DNA from: Cetorhinus maximus
Taxonomy: Eukaryota
NCBI RefSeq assembly: GCF_964194155.1
Contig: NC_135888.1
Location: 7,192,001 to 7,256,000 of the forward strand
DNA length: 64,000 nt
Reading direction: 5' to 3'
Each line of letters starts with the position of its first letter. The first letter of the stretch is position 1. The translations under genes and the position numbers were made by a program. Positions 52,430 through 64,000 of this stretch are shown here, one piece after another. A model generated the notes under the pieces. It was not told where the DNA came from and did no database searches. It saw only the letters and a list, made by a program, of their open reading frames with translations.

Positions 52430-52790
52430 CTGAGGTGCAGTAAAAAGGGTAGTAACTGCCTGGTTAAAATCTTTCAGCTTTGTGCATTTGCAATGGAAAT
52501 GCATTAGCTGTGACATCACCAGTCTGCAGAAGGCATGTTTAGGATGAAGGCTTTTTGTGTGTAGAAGTGTGTGTCGGTTATTTTGTAAAAAAACTTTTGT
52601 TGCTAACATATGCCGGTTGTCTTGTGCCAATTTAAAGACTGTAGTGTCCAGGAAATTAATGCTTTCCTTGTGTATTGTGGCTTTAGGTTTAATGAAGGAG
52701 TGAGGATTATTTAGGATATTGATGAATTCTTCTAATTCTGCTTCTGTGTGAGTCCAAATATCCTATATGTCAACACAAATACAGAAGGTA
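52430..52790 (-). mobile_element. Penelope RT fragment of a different family
   Basis: IWTHTEAELEEFINILN...INFLDTTVFK...HPKH. Confidence 0.75.
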
Positions 52791-53374
52791 ACTTTAATAA
52801 AGTTAATAAAGGAGTCTGTGAGAATGGAAAAAGAGCCCCTGAAAACCAAAAATAGCCCCCGAAAGTCAGAAAATCAAAATGAGAATATCTCAAGACAAGG
52901 CCTCGGAAAGAAAAATATATTTTGACCTCTGCTTCCAGCTCTGGTTCAAAATCTATTTTTTCCTTATTCCTGGGATCCTTTTCTATGTTAAAAGTGCTAT
53001 GTGAATGAAAATTTCTGTCTTTTTATTTCTGTTTGATATGGCACAGTATCAGATATAGATTTAACGTTATGCAGACCCTGATTAATGTATTTAAACGTCT
53101 ATAGCACACAATGTATGTTATACAGCACACCTATCTATTTGAGATCTGTTGATTTCCAGAAGGGTGTATGAAGCAATAATACGGTGCTCTCTCTCCTCTT
53201 CCCCCATTGCAATCAGACCTGCCATCTGCGCTTCCATGGAGGTGGAGAGACCAAGTGGTCCCTGGTTAGTTCTTAACTGGCAATCTGCTGTTGGTTCCAT
53301 TCAAGCTGCAACACCGTTCATTAATTTTAAAACAAAGATAACAGTTCTGTGATGTTGTCACAGAAGACAAAATG

Positions 53375-53870
53375 ATGAGCAGGAGTAGGCCATTGGGCCC
53401 TTAAGCCTGCTCCACCATTTGATAAGATCATGGCTGATCTTAATGTGGCTTCAACTCCACTTTCTTGACCATCCACCCCCATAATCCTTGATTCCCTTGT
53501 CGATCAAAAATCTGTCTAACTCTGCCTTGAATATATTCAAGGGCCCAGCCTCAACTGCTCTCTGGGGAAGAGAATTCCACAGACTAACAATCCTCTGAGA
53601 GAAAAAAATTCTCATGTCAGTCTTAAATGGGAGACCTCTTATTTTTAATCTAGGTCCCCTAATTCTAGACTTCCTACAAGGGGAAAATATCCTCTCAGCA
53701 TCTATCCTGTCAATCCCCTTCAGGATCCTATATGTTTCAATAAGATCACCTCTCATTCCTTTAAACTCCAATGGGTATAGGTCCAACCTGGTCAACTTGT
53801 CCTCATAAGATAACCCCCTTCATCCCAGGAATCAGCTGAGTGAACCTTCTCTGAACTGCTTCTATTTCAA
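53375..53870 (-). mobile_element. CR1 3' end
   Basis: MRGDLIETYRILKGIDR...WNSLPQRAVEA and tail. Confidence 0.9.
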
Positions 53871-53914
53871 TTATATGCTTTGAAAAGGAAATATCATTTT
53901 TTTCATAATATTAC

Positions 53915-55560
53915 TGTGGGATGCTGTGAAGCAGGCACTGTATGTGTGTGATTAATTAATTTAATTAAACTGAAGACAATCAGACTGCAAAGTTTAAATC
54001 ATCAAATTGGTTAGGGGGCATTTGAAATGGAATGGGTGAGCTAAGATGAGGTCCCAGTAGATACAATATGAATGGGAATTTGCATTAGGGGATAAGTGAG
54101 AAGCAAATTGTTTGCTGTTTGAATTTCGAAGGGACATGACCAGATTTTTTACAACTGGCAAAATCGTATATAAATAAGGAAAAGTTATTAAGTTTATCTT
54201 TCCCGAAAGTGCTGGCCATAGGGACAACATGAAAGATTTTTATATTCTGGGAAAAGTACCTCCGAAAGCAAGGTTAGAACAATGGATTTACAGATCAAAA
54301 GAGAGAAAATATCATTAAGGAATGATTGAAAGCTGTATGGTGTGAGTGGGCATGTGAGATCTTGAAAGGTAGGCTGTGTAAAACCGACTTGTGAAAAAGC
54401 AGCCTCTAGCCACCCCGGAGAAATGATTGCTTGTTCCAGAAAGCAAGGTTTTGCTTAAAGCTTTGGAGTTGCATTGTCAAGTGAGAGGGAGAGAGAAGCT
54501 GTGAAATACCTCCCTTACAGCAAAAGTGGGTGCCTTGCAGTAATGTTACTGGATGTTTTATAGATTAAGAATCTATTTGGACTGTTGCCTGAAAAAGAGT
54601 GTTTATTTGGGAGTCTAATTAAGTAGAAACCTTTGGGCAATGTTGTAAGTCTAAATTTAACTGTGTAATTGTGTGTTTAAGTTTTCTTTTGTCAATAAAT
54701 GTTTTAATTTAATATCTCCAAAGGTGATAATGGACTCTACTTCTGACTTCAGTGCACTTACCTTCTCATAATAAATACAAATTGCAAAATCGTTGTGACA
54801 ACTTGGCCAAGTTTCTGTTTGGGATTTGGTCATCCCGGCAATTACTACCTGCCATATCATAACAAAAGTGGGGCTCATCCGGGAATTTTAAAAAAAAATA
54901 AAATTCCTTGTTAGCTTGGAGTTGGTGAATCTCAAGGTTATGAGTACAAGAAGAACATTGAACTCGAGTTGGTGTTGAAGTATTTTAAAGTGGTTAGACT
55001 TCAAAAATGGCTTTAGCAATAGCTAAGACTTTTCTGGGAGTAGAAGATGTAACTCTGATTGGCTTACAAGTAACTAAGGTTCAGTTAACAGAATTGATAG
55101 ATAAGTTGGAGTTAGGATTAACCACAGGGGCGAAAAAAGAAGATATAATTGAAGTAATAGCGCAGCATTTGAAATTGGAAGGAATGCCTGAAACTAGTGA
55201 GTCACAGCTGGAGGTAGAGAGACTTAAGATGCAAATGAAGAAGCTTGAACATGAACAAGTAATGGAATGAAAAAGAATTGAATTGGAGGAAAAGGAAAGA
55301 GCATTTCAAAGGGAGCATGCAGAAAGGCAGGAGAGAGAAAGGCCAAGATAAAGCAAAAGAACTTGACCTCCAGAGGGAGAAGTTAGCAATGGACAAAAGA
55401 GAGAAGGAACGAGAAAGGGGACACCAGCTTAAAAGGCTGGCAGTTAAAAAAGAGGCCTCAGATGCTGAGGAAGGTTCTGATGGTGAAACGACCACCTTCA
55501 GTCCAAAGCCCAGTGGGGAGATGTTTAAACTTGTCCAAGCACTTCTGAAGTTTGAGGAAA
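53915..55560 (+). mobile_element. Gypsy-type LTR element: 5' LTR (53915-54864), tRNA-Pro-like PBS, truncated gag
   Basis: TG...CA LTR; TGGGGCTCATCCGGGA at 54869-54884; coiled-coil gag from 55007 ending LVQALLKFEE. Confidence 0.8.
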
Positions 55561-55561
55561 T

Positions 55562-56040
55562 AAAAGCTGTACACAGTACTTCAGATGCAGTCTAACTAAG
55601 GCCCTGAACAGCTGCGGCAACACTTACCTACTTTTATGCTCAATTCCCATTACAATAAATGCCAAATCTGCCTTCCTAATCACTTGCTGCACCTGCATAC
55701 CAACTATTTGTGATGCATACCAACTTTTTGTGATTCATGTACCAGGACACCCAGATACCTCGGTACCAAACAGTTCTGCAGTCTCTCTCCATTCAAATAG
55801 TATACTGTGTTTCTATTCTTCCTGCCAAAGTGGACAAGTTCACATTTTCACACATTATACTCCATCTGCTAAGTTTTTGTGCACTCACTTAACCTATCTA
55901 AATCCTTTTGCAGCCTCTACCTCCTCTTGACAACTTACCCTCCTACCTATCTTTGTGTCATCAGCAAATTTAGCCACTATACATTCCATCCCTTCATTCA
56001 AGTCATCGATATAGATTGTAAATAGTTAAGGCCCTGTGGC
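55562..56040 (-). mobile_element. CR1 RT fragment truncating the gag
   Basis: AKFADDTKIGR on the minus strand. Confidence 0.8.
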
Positions 56041-57049
56041 TACACTAGTAATTATAAGATTTTAATGATTCCATTCGTTTTGAGAGTTTTACTAATTTTT
56101 GGGTTTTGCTTTAACAATTTATATATATATATATATATATACACACACATACGGGTTAATTAAGTTCTAATGTTGAGCAAAAGCTGTGGGGAAGCTGCTT
56201 TTCCGATAACTAGTTTTTGCACCTGAGAGAATTACGCCTTGTTCCATGCAAGGACTTTGCTCTGGCTTGCAGCTCGGCTCAGAATGTAGTTTTATCTTCA
56301 TTTTGTTAAGCAAGAATCATATTTTTCATTTGGCTTTTTAACTTACTGTATCTTGTAGTATAGTGCACCTATATTTTAAAGGGGTCTTTCTCATATCTTG
56401 CTAAAACAAATTATGATGCTACGACGTTTGTTTTTAATTAACATAAGATCTGTGAGAATAGTAATGAGTTGTCAGTGTGAACAGCATGAACTTTTGATGA
56501 GAATGTAACACTGTTTATACAGTAAGGGATTTTGTTCACCAGGGAATGTAACCCTGGAGCTTAGGGTAAAATGAAATGGACATTTGTTTGGGCCTACCTG
56601 TCAAGGAACTGAAGGACTATGGAGATGGGGTATCATCAGGTGACACCTAAACCTAGCCAATTGAGAGGGTTAATTTGAACCATTCCCAAATATGCGATGA
56701 GAAATGATCAAAAACAGAGGGAGAAAAGTTGGAAGCTGAGAACCGTTCTTGGCACAGTCTTAGGGAAGACTTTCAAGAGACAAGAGGAAAGAATAAATTG
56801 ACATCACTGTGCTGGTGACAACCCGGGAGTCCAAGGCCCTGGGGGATAGAATATTTCCACGTCGTCATCACTGCTTTTTGTTAAGGATTTTACAAATTAC
56901 TTAATAAATTCTGTTTGATTTACAATAACTAGTTGTTCGTACCTTGCAGGTCAGGGCCCAGCCAAGAACTCCACTGTTAAATTAAGAATTAGGAACTAAT
57001 TACAATCACAAACCCTTATAAATTATATAATAGCTTGCCAACCTGAATT

Positions 57050-57360
57050 CATTCATCCATTCATCCCTGCTCTCTGCTTCCTCTGTCTATGCTAATAAGT
57101 TACCTCCTAGGTCATGAGCTATTATTTTGTGTAGTAACCTTTGAAGTGGTGCCTTATTGAATGCCTTTTGGAAATCTAAGTACACCACATCTACAGATTC
57201 CCCTTTACCCACCTTGCTTGTTACTTCCTGAAAGAACTCTAATAAATTAGTCAAACATGATTTCCCTTTCACAAAACCATGTTGACTCTACCTGATTGTG
57301 TTTTGGTTTTCTAAATGTCCTGCTATTATCTCCTTAATAATGGATTCTAGCATTCTCTCT
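57050..57360 (-). mobile_element. CR1 RT fragment
   Basis: KGKSCLTNLLEFF...VYLDFQKAF. Confidence 0.85.
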
Positions 57361-59985
57361 ATGACAGAAGAAGCTGTAGAGAGTGTTAGTTCTTGCACAT
57401 TCTCAGAGATTGACCTCTTAAGCCTGCATGTGGGTAAGATATTCAACACCCTTCTTTACAGATGTGAAAAGAAGATTTGCATTTGTATAGCACCTATCAT
57501 GCCCAAGCACTTTACAGCCATTGAAGTACTTTTGAAGTGTAGTCAATGTTGTAATGTAGAACAGGAGAGGTTTTAATGTGGGCATATTTCATCCAGTGGC
57601 CTGCCTCCATTTTCTCATGCAAGAAAATTAGGATATGAGAGGAAGACGAGCATGAATGACATTTCTGGCAGGCTTGCTGACACGGATATCAAGAGGATCA
57701 TTTCCTCCTTAATTGAACATTTGCGCAAGGGGTGCTTGGAGGCCTGAGTCAGAAAAACTGAGATCATCTTCTGTGCCTGGGTACAATGCGCTCTTACTTT
57801 GACCGTTTTCTTTCGGGGGTTCTGCATTAAGCGTTCTTGAAAGGTATTAAGAAAAGATCGATGAGACATGCGGCGAAGTTATCTCTGAGTCAAGTGAATA
57901 GACCGAGCACTGCTCTCCCTGATCTGGCTGTCCGCCAGACTGGTGCTGCATGTGATGCTTCCACTACATCATTATCTGTGCCAGACTCAAAAGGGAGTAC
58001 CTGTTAAGGATTTGGGAAGGATATTGAAAAGACATGCAGTGGAATGGTTCACATCTTTCTTGTGCCTTATGTTTCTCATTTCCCAATGCTGCGTTTAGAA
58101 ACCACATGCATCAGAAATGATCAGAATCTGACAAGAGCATTGCTGCTCTAATCACTAAACAGGCACTGCGCACTGATTAACCACATAGAGTAAACGTAAA
58201 GTAGACAATAGTAAATGCTTATCACAGATCAGCCCCACGATGCAATTAAGTGTATAAGTTCAATTATTGCTTCTCAGGCACTGTCCAGAGGTTTTTTTTC
58301 CTGTTACGGATCACCACTGGGTAAATTTTGCTTGCAGAGCAGCACCGTAGAAATTGCATTTAATTACATATTGTTCTTAACATCTAACTGCTGAAACAAT
58401 ACCTTCCTAAAACTTTCCCTTTAAGTAGCTACTATCTACGTGTTTGAATACTTTAATCAGTGGCCAGGACCATATATCAATTCAAGTGTTTTGTGCATGT
58501 GCTTGAGGGTCATTGCTACAACAATCCCACACCTGTTTCTTCCGCCCCTCTTGAAACAATACTAGTTCAGGTGTATTTTTGTGGTGATCCTCGTTGTTTG
58601 CCAAATCTAAATATACCCTGAGCAGTTTGCCTAATCCTAAAAGTTAACAATTACTTGCCTCATACAGACAGATAATTTGGCATATTATTACTTACTTTCG
58701 TGCACTTTTTCACATCCGGCAGCCCCTTGTAGACCCTTGTTTCCAGGGTCTGAAATATTCTGAATATCAAGTTGACATTGCTGGTTGTCTCTGTCTCCTC
58801 CTCATTGTTCTGACCATAAACACGCTCCAAGAATCGCATGTGCATGGCTTCCTGGGTAAAATGTGCCCTCTCATTTTGATGTGAAGTGATAAGGTTCCTC
58901 TGGGATGCTCATTGCACGGCTACACAGATAAAAGCTCAAAAATTTTAGTTGGTCGACTTTCGCGCCTCCTGCTTGAACGCTCACAAGTTCCACGCTAATT
59001 CCCGCGTTAAATGTCGGGAGAAGCATTCTTTCATTACAGAAATTGGACAAATTTCTCACTCTCAGTGACTACACCACAGTAACTCCAGCATATTTCTTAT
59101 GGTTTTAATATCATCTCACTCCCTTGATACTTTACAGCTTTAAACGAACTTCTGCATTTATTTAATATGTATAAAAACACTTAAGGAATAAACAGTACAG
59201 AAAGTAAAACAATGTTCGTTGACCTTCTGACAGATGGAATGAGTTGGTATAATAAGCTTTTATTGCTGACCTGGTTCCGGGCTCTTGGGTGTAATATAGT
59301 CGTTTTCGAACAACTCTATTAAATATTTACTCTCCTCTGTTTCTCAAAAAATTTGCAAATTAGGTTTCAAAAAAAGCAATTCTGCAAGTGTGACGCTGGA
59401 GTCCAAGGCATAAGGTTGTTAAGTCTTGACGAATATTTAATTTGCTCTATTGGCTCAACTTAATCAGTTCTCAGATTTGGTCACGAGATGGGACACTGCA
59501 CCCCTACACAGAATGTGCGTTTTCTTGGGAGTATTGCCGAGTAAGCCTGGAGAAAAGCAGTAAATAGGTTTGAATTTTAAAATGTTGTCCTCCTAGCTGC
59601 GGAAATAAACACAGTCAGGAAGGCTTGGGACTACAAGAGGAAAATGGGACTCTTTGAATAAAGTAAGTGAAATAAAAGATAAAAAATATCAGCGGAGAAA
59701 CAACAGGCTTTGGGTAGTGAGAAGACTGCTGTAGAATGGAGCAAAGGCTATCAAACAGTTAATATAAAAGACAAGGAAAATAAAGATTGATCTTTTAAAA
59801 ATGTTATCATTTCTAAAAAAAAATGAAATCGGGATTCAGGCATTTGCATATAAAAAGAACTCAAAATAAAATTGGAGAATTAGAAGCATGAAATATAACT
59901 ATGGGGAGATGATAATTAAATTGTAGTTATGGCAGAGACACGGTTAGCTTTGGACAGGATTGGAAACTTAATATTTCTGGTTATA

Positions 59986-60276
59986 TGTTGGATCCTGTGG
60001 ATCCTCGTCGCCAGTTGTTGTGAATGGTAGCCAAGTTGGCACTATTGGTAGAGTTGATCAGCAGACACTTCTTAGGTGGAAACTCTTAGTTTATTTACAA
60101 AGGTCCTCAGTAGCAACTAAACATGTACTTTCATTTCAAACTCTATCTCCACACTACTAACTACTGAGATAGGCCATGCTACTCTCCTATTGGATACTAA
60201 AATCATGTGATCTTCCTTAATAACATTCTTCTTAAAGATAAATTACACATGAGGTAAAACCATAGTTACCACAACA
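59986..60276 (-). mobile_element. Short solo LTR inserted in a CR1 endonuclease remnant
   Basis: TGTTG...CAACA inverted termini; AATAAA on the minus strand. Confidence 0.55.
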
Positions 60277-60526
60277 TAGCATTTTCAGCGGTGGCTATAT
60301 CAGTAAAGTTCTAGAGTGTGAGATTGCATAGGAGGTTAGTATGTCCCTTCCTGATGAGTTTCGCATAAAGTAAGTTTCAAAGGGAAGGGATGGAGTAGCA
60401 GATTTAACAGGCCGGCTCATCAACCCCTGCAGGAACCAAATTCGAACTTCCTGCTGGGTCAGAAAAGAGATGAAGAATTATTTGTTGTCAGATTTTTAAA
60501 CACTGAGCTGTGATAGCTATAGGTAG

Positions 60527-63170
60527 GCAGGACAGAATTTTACCAGCCCCTGTGGTGATGGGAACAGAGGCGGGCATGGGGAGGCTGGTGAAACGGCGCT
60601 GCCCCATGCTGAACTGGCTCCCCCATGTTTTCCCACCACCGACCAATTTTAATAGATGCAGGCAGTGGGACGGATCAGTGAAAAAGCATGTGGCCAGGAC
60701 AGGTAATTAAACTTGCTAAACAGCCAATTGTCAGGTATTGTCCTACCTTTCTCCAATTTTACCAATGGCACGCAGGTGGCACAGAGCCTCAAAGACCCAC
60801 CTGCTCAAAGAATGCGAGATCTGAGTAACAGCTCTGTGGCGGAGGGAACTGGCAGTCATGCTCTGAAGTCGTCTGTAGGCCGTGTCTTCAAGAAGCGACG
60901 CTATCAAATTCGGATGCACTGCAGAGGGTGTGGCAGTGTTGTTAGTGGAAATGTGTCTACTGGATCCACAGCAGCTACTGAAGGCAGGACAAGGTTCTTG
61001 AGAAGCTCATCATAGTAAAGGCTTCTATCTGGCTATGGGGTCAATGCTTTTCAGAGTTTCGTTCCTCCTGTGAGGAGATGAATGGCACAGAGGTGGGGAT
61101 GCAGCTATATGGAGTGGCTGTGCTGCAGCCCGGGAAACTCCAGCTTTATTTTCAATTTAATATGGACAAGGAGTGCACATGGAGAAAGGAGGACAGCCTC
61201 ACGATTGCACCACTCAGTTCAAAGGCTGTACTATCAGAGGCTGAGCTTTGTGGAGATGTCTGAGCGCTAATTATCTACAGAGAGCACATCTCTCTAAGGG
61301 GGCGATGGCAGACCTGTGCGGTATGCTGGAAATTGATACCAATGGGAAATGGTAAACACGCAAAGCCTGTAGCCTTAAAGGTGACATTGTTATGTAACTT
61401 TTCAACTTTGGTTTGTTCCAGGGACCATCGGGAGATCCATGTGGCATTTCACATTTGGTGGCTCCTTGCTGCATAAAGAAGTGCATGGATGCCATATACT
61501 CTTGGGCTGGATAATATATCAAGTTCACAACCGATCAGGTCAGTTAGGCCCAAAGGGCACTTGGCTTCGGGCTGAATTTCCCCAGGTGCACAGGCTCATT
61601 GAAAGTACTCAGGTGGCCATCAAGGCTCCTAGAGTGTAGCCAGGTGCCTTTATGAACAGGAAGGAGTTCCACTCCATCAATGTTCCAGTCGTCTGTGGCC
61701 ACCGTAAGGAGACCTTGCAAGTGTTTCTGGGAAGCTCCTATGAGTCCTACAACATTGCACGGTCTCAAGTGTCTCAGCTGTTCAGGCTACCCAAACGTCT
61801 TCATGGATGGATACTGGGGGACAAAGGGTATCCACTGAAGTCATGCCTTCTGACTCTGTATGCAACCCCAATATAAAGGCAGAGGACACATACAACTGTT
61901 GCCATGTGACCACAAGAACCACCATTGAGCAGGCCATTGGCTTTTTGAAAATGAGGTTTGGATGCATTGATAGATCGAGGGATTCCCTGCAATACACTTC
62001 ACCAGGGGTTTCCCGCATCATTGTCTGCTGCAATTGCACAGTCTGGCACTCTAAAAGGGAATAGGGCTGCAGCCAGAGAAAGACATTTAGTGAGCCACAT
62101 CCTTAGAGGAGGAGAATGAGCCTGAGATGCCTCAACAGATGCCAGCCGATGAAGTTGGCGCCATGGGGCCCAACCCACAAGACAGTGACATGGATGGCAG
62201 GGAGATTCACGACCCTGATCAGCAGACACTTTTCATGAGGTAATGAGACACCACACCAAGAAATTCTCTCCCAGAGGGGGTGTTGCTGACCTTTCATTAA
62301 AGGCTCTTAACATCTCTCTGTACCCATCAGCACTCTATGCCAAGGCCATCTGTCAAGACAAACACTCATGAAATACCAAACCAAGAAGTTCTCTCCCAGA
62401 GGGAGCCTTGCCGACCTTTCATTAGAGGCTCTCACCACCTCTCTGTACCAATCAGCACTATAACACAAGGCCATCTGTCAACACAGGTATTCATGAGGCC
62501 ATCACTTTTACAGTTTGTCCATCTATTTGATTCCACATCTGGTCACTGTCAACTATTGCTTAAAATAAATACACAAGTCATTATACATTGAATGGCAAGA
62601 CCTTTAACTCTTGTTAATCATTAAAGACTTCCGCACTTAACAAATTATCACCAAGTGAAACCCCGAGTGCTTGTCCCTGCATTTACGCGCTCAGTTATAG
62701 TCACTTCTCTGGGGTGCGGCCCCCTGTGTCTGGAGTTGATGTCGTGGCAGGCTTCTACCTTGTTCCAGTGTATTAAATGGCCATGGCTTGTGTCCTTTTG
62801 GTGCCAGAACCTTATTGGGTCCTGGAACATTCAGGGCCACCTATATCTGTGTAGGAGCTGCCTCAGTCACCAGACCAACATGTAGCATTGGTGTGATCAT
62901 CATAGGGCCTGAGGACCTGCCCTCAGTGACCAAAGCATCTTGAGAGGAGCCCCCATTGCCTTCAGCCTGCCCCTCCTTTGCTCTTTCATGCCCCACATGC
63001 ACTCCCATGGTTGCCTGGAGTGGTTCAGCTCTGCAGTGTTACCAGCTTGCTGCTCAAGCTCTGAAACCTGGTTTCAACCATAGGTGCAAGAAGTGTCATT
63101 AGTTGGAGGAGCTTGAGTTCCAAGTTCTGGGTAGTACTGGTGAGAGCAAAGGTTCCACTAGCGAGTACAG
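60527..63170 (+). mobile_element. Degraded PIF/Harbinger transposon (transposase ~61230-62240)
   Basis: NRKEFHSINV, WILGDKGYPL and TRTTIEQAIGFLKMRFGCID motifs of HARBI1/DDE_Tnp_4 type; frameshifted. Confidence 0.88.
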
Positions 63171-63199
63171 GCATTGCAAAGTCCACAGCATCATCGTTA

Positions 63200-63930
63200 C
63201 TTAGCTATTTAAAAGAGGGAGGAGAAAGATCAGAAAACCAATAGTGATAGGAAATTCAACAGTTAGGACAACAGACAAGTATTTCTATGGCCACAGATGT
63301 GACTCACTGGTGCTAGAGTCAAGGATGTTGCTGAATGGCTGCAAAACATTCTGACGGGCGAGTGTGAACATCCTTGGTCATGGTCTATATTGGTACCAAT
63401 GGCATAGGTAGAAAGAGGAATGAGGCCCTGCAGGCAGACCTTTTAGGGAGCTGGGAAAGAAATGAATAAGCAGACCTCAAATGCAGTAATCTCTGGATTA
63501 CTCCTGGTGCCATGCACTTATGAGTACAGACATAGGAGGACAGTGTGATGAATGCCTGAGTAGGGAGATGTTGCAGGAAAGAGAGCTTCAGATTCCTGGG
63601 GTACTGAGACCAGTTCTGGGGGGAGTGGGACTTGTATAAACTGGACGGTTTGAACCTCAATAGGACGTAGGACCAATATTGTCATAAGAAGTTTTGCTAA
63701 GGCTTTTGGGAAGGGGTTAAACTCACTTGGCAGGAGGATGGAAACCTGAGTGTCGATTCGGAAGGGAGATGAGAAAGCTGGAAATGAAAGGCAGAAAATT
63801 AATAAGCAAGTACAGAAGACAGAGGAAATAAGAGCTAGAAAATAGACAATTTTGATTTTATAAACTTCAATACAAGGTGTCTAGTGAGTAAGGCAGTTGT
63901 GCTGAGGGCACAGGTAGGCACTTGGAAGTA
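63200..63930 (+). mobile_element. CR1 ORF1 (SGNH esterase-like) remnant
   Basis: IVIGNSTVR, VMVYIGTNGIG and DLYKLDGLNLN motifs. Confidence 0.75.
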
Positions 63931-64000
63931 AACTATTGGACAGAGCTTTAACAGCCAAAGAGAGACAGGCTCGGGTGCAGACAGGTGGTTAAAGCCCCAA

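Larger units (their letters stand above)
45310..58919 (-). pseudogene. Multi-exon disabled gene, tentatively TMC5/TMC6-like transmembrane channel
   Basis: Splice-bounded, phase-compatible segments 58696-58919, 57798-58000, 56223-56368, 53131-53305, 49174-49869 (interrupted) and ~45310-45711; many in-frame stops; motif GIKLVGG|SF..TSLLS. Confidence 0.5.

Noticed and set aside
61230-62240. Domesticated HARBI1-like host gene
   Set aside because: Multiple frameshifts and stops, no exon structure, transposon-like terminus
42000-64000. GAPVD1 exons expected from human synteny
   Set aside because: No recognisable GAPVD1 peptide or CpG-island promoter in the interval

Overview
Vertebrate nuclear DNA. 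The repeat landscape (CR1, Penelope-like elements, a Deu-type SacSINE1-like SINE, Harbinger) suggests a cartilaginous fish; this is an inference. The window holds the conserved PPP6C(-)/RABEPK(+)/HSPA5(-) block: PPP6C coding exons 1-3, a complete 382-aa RABEPK sharing a bidirectional CpG promoter with PPP6C, and a complete 650-aa HSPA5/BiP with a TATA box and ERSE elements. Exons were hand-spliced with consistent phases. Main observations: (1) a multi-exon, stop-riddled pseudogene upstream of HSPA5 (about 45.3-58.9 kb, minus strand) resembling TMC5/TMC6-type channels; (2) a ~470-bp CpG-decayed copy of the PPP6C/RABEPK promoter and first exon pasted into a CR1 in PPP6C intron 1; (3) a LINE whose APE-RT region begins directly after a tRNA-like head, with a head+tail SINE derivative and a separate 3' tail nearby; (4) Penelope-borne hammerhead-like motifs, two in a long inverted repeat; (5) an extra HSPA5 intron relative to human. 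Homology calls rest on recalled sequences, no searches were run, and repeat boundaries are approximate.
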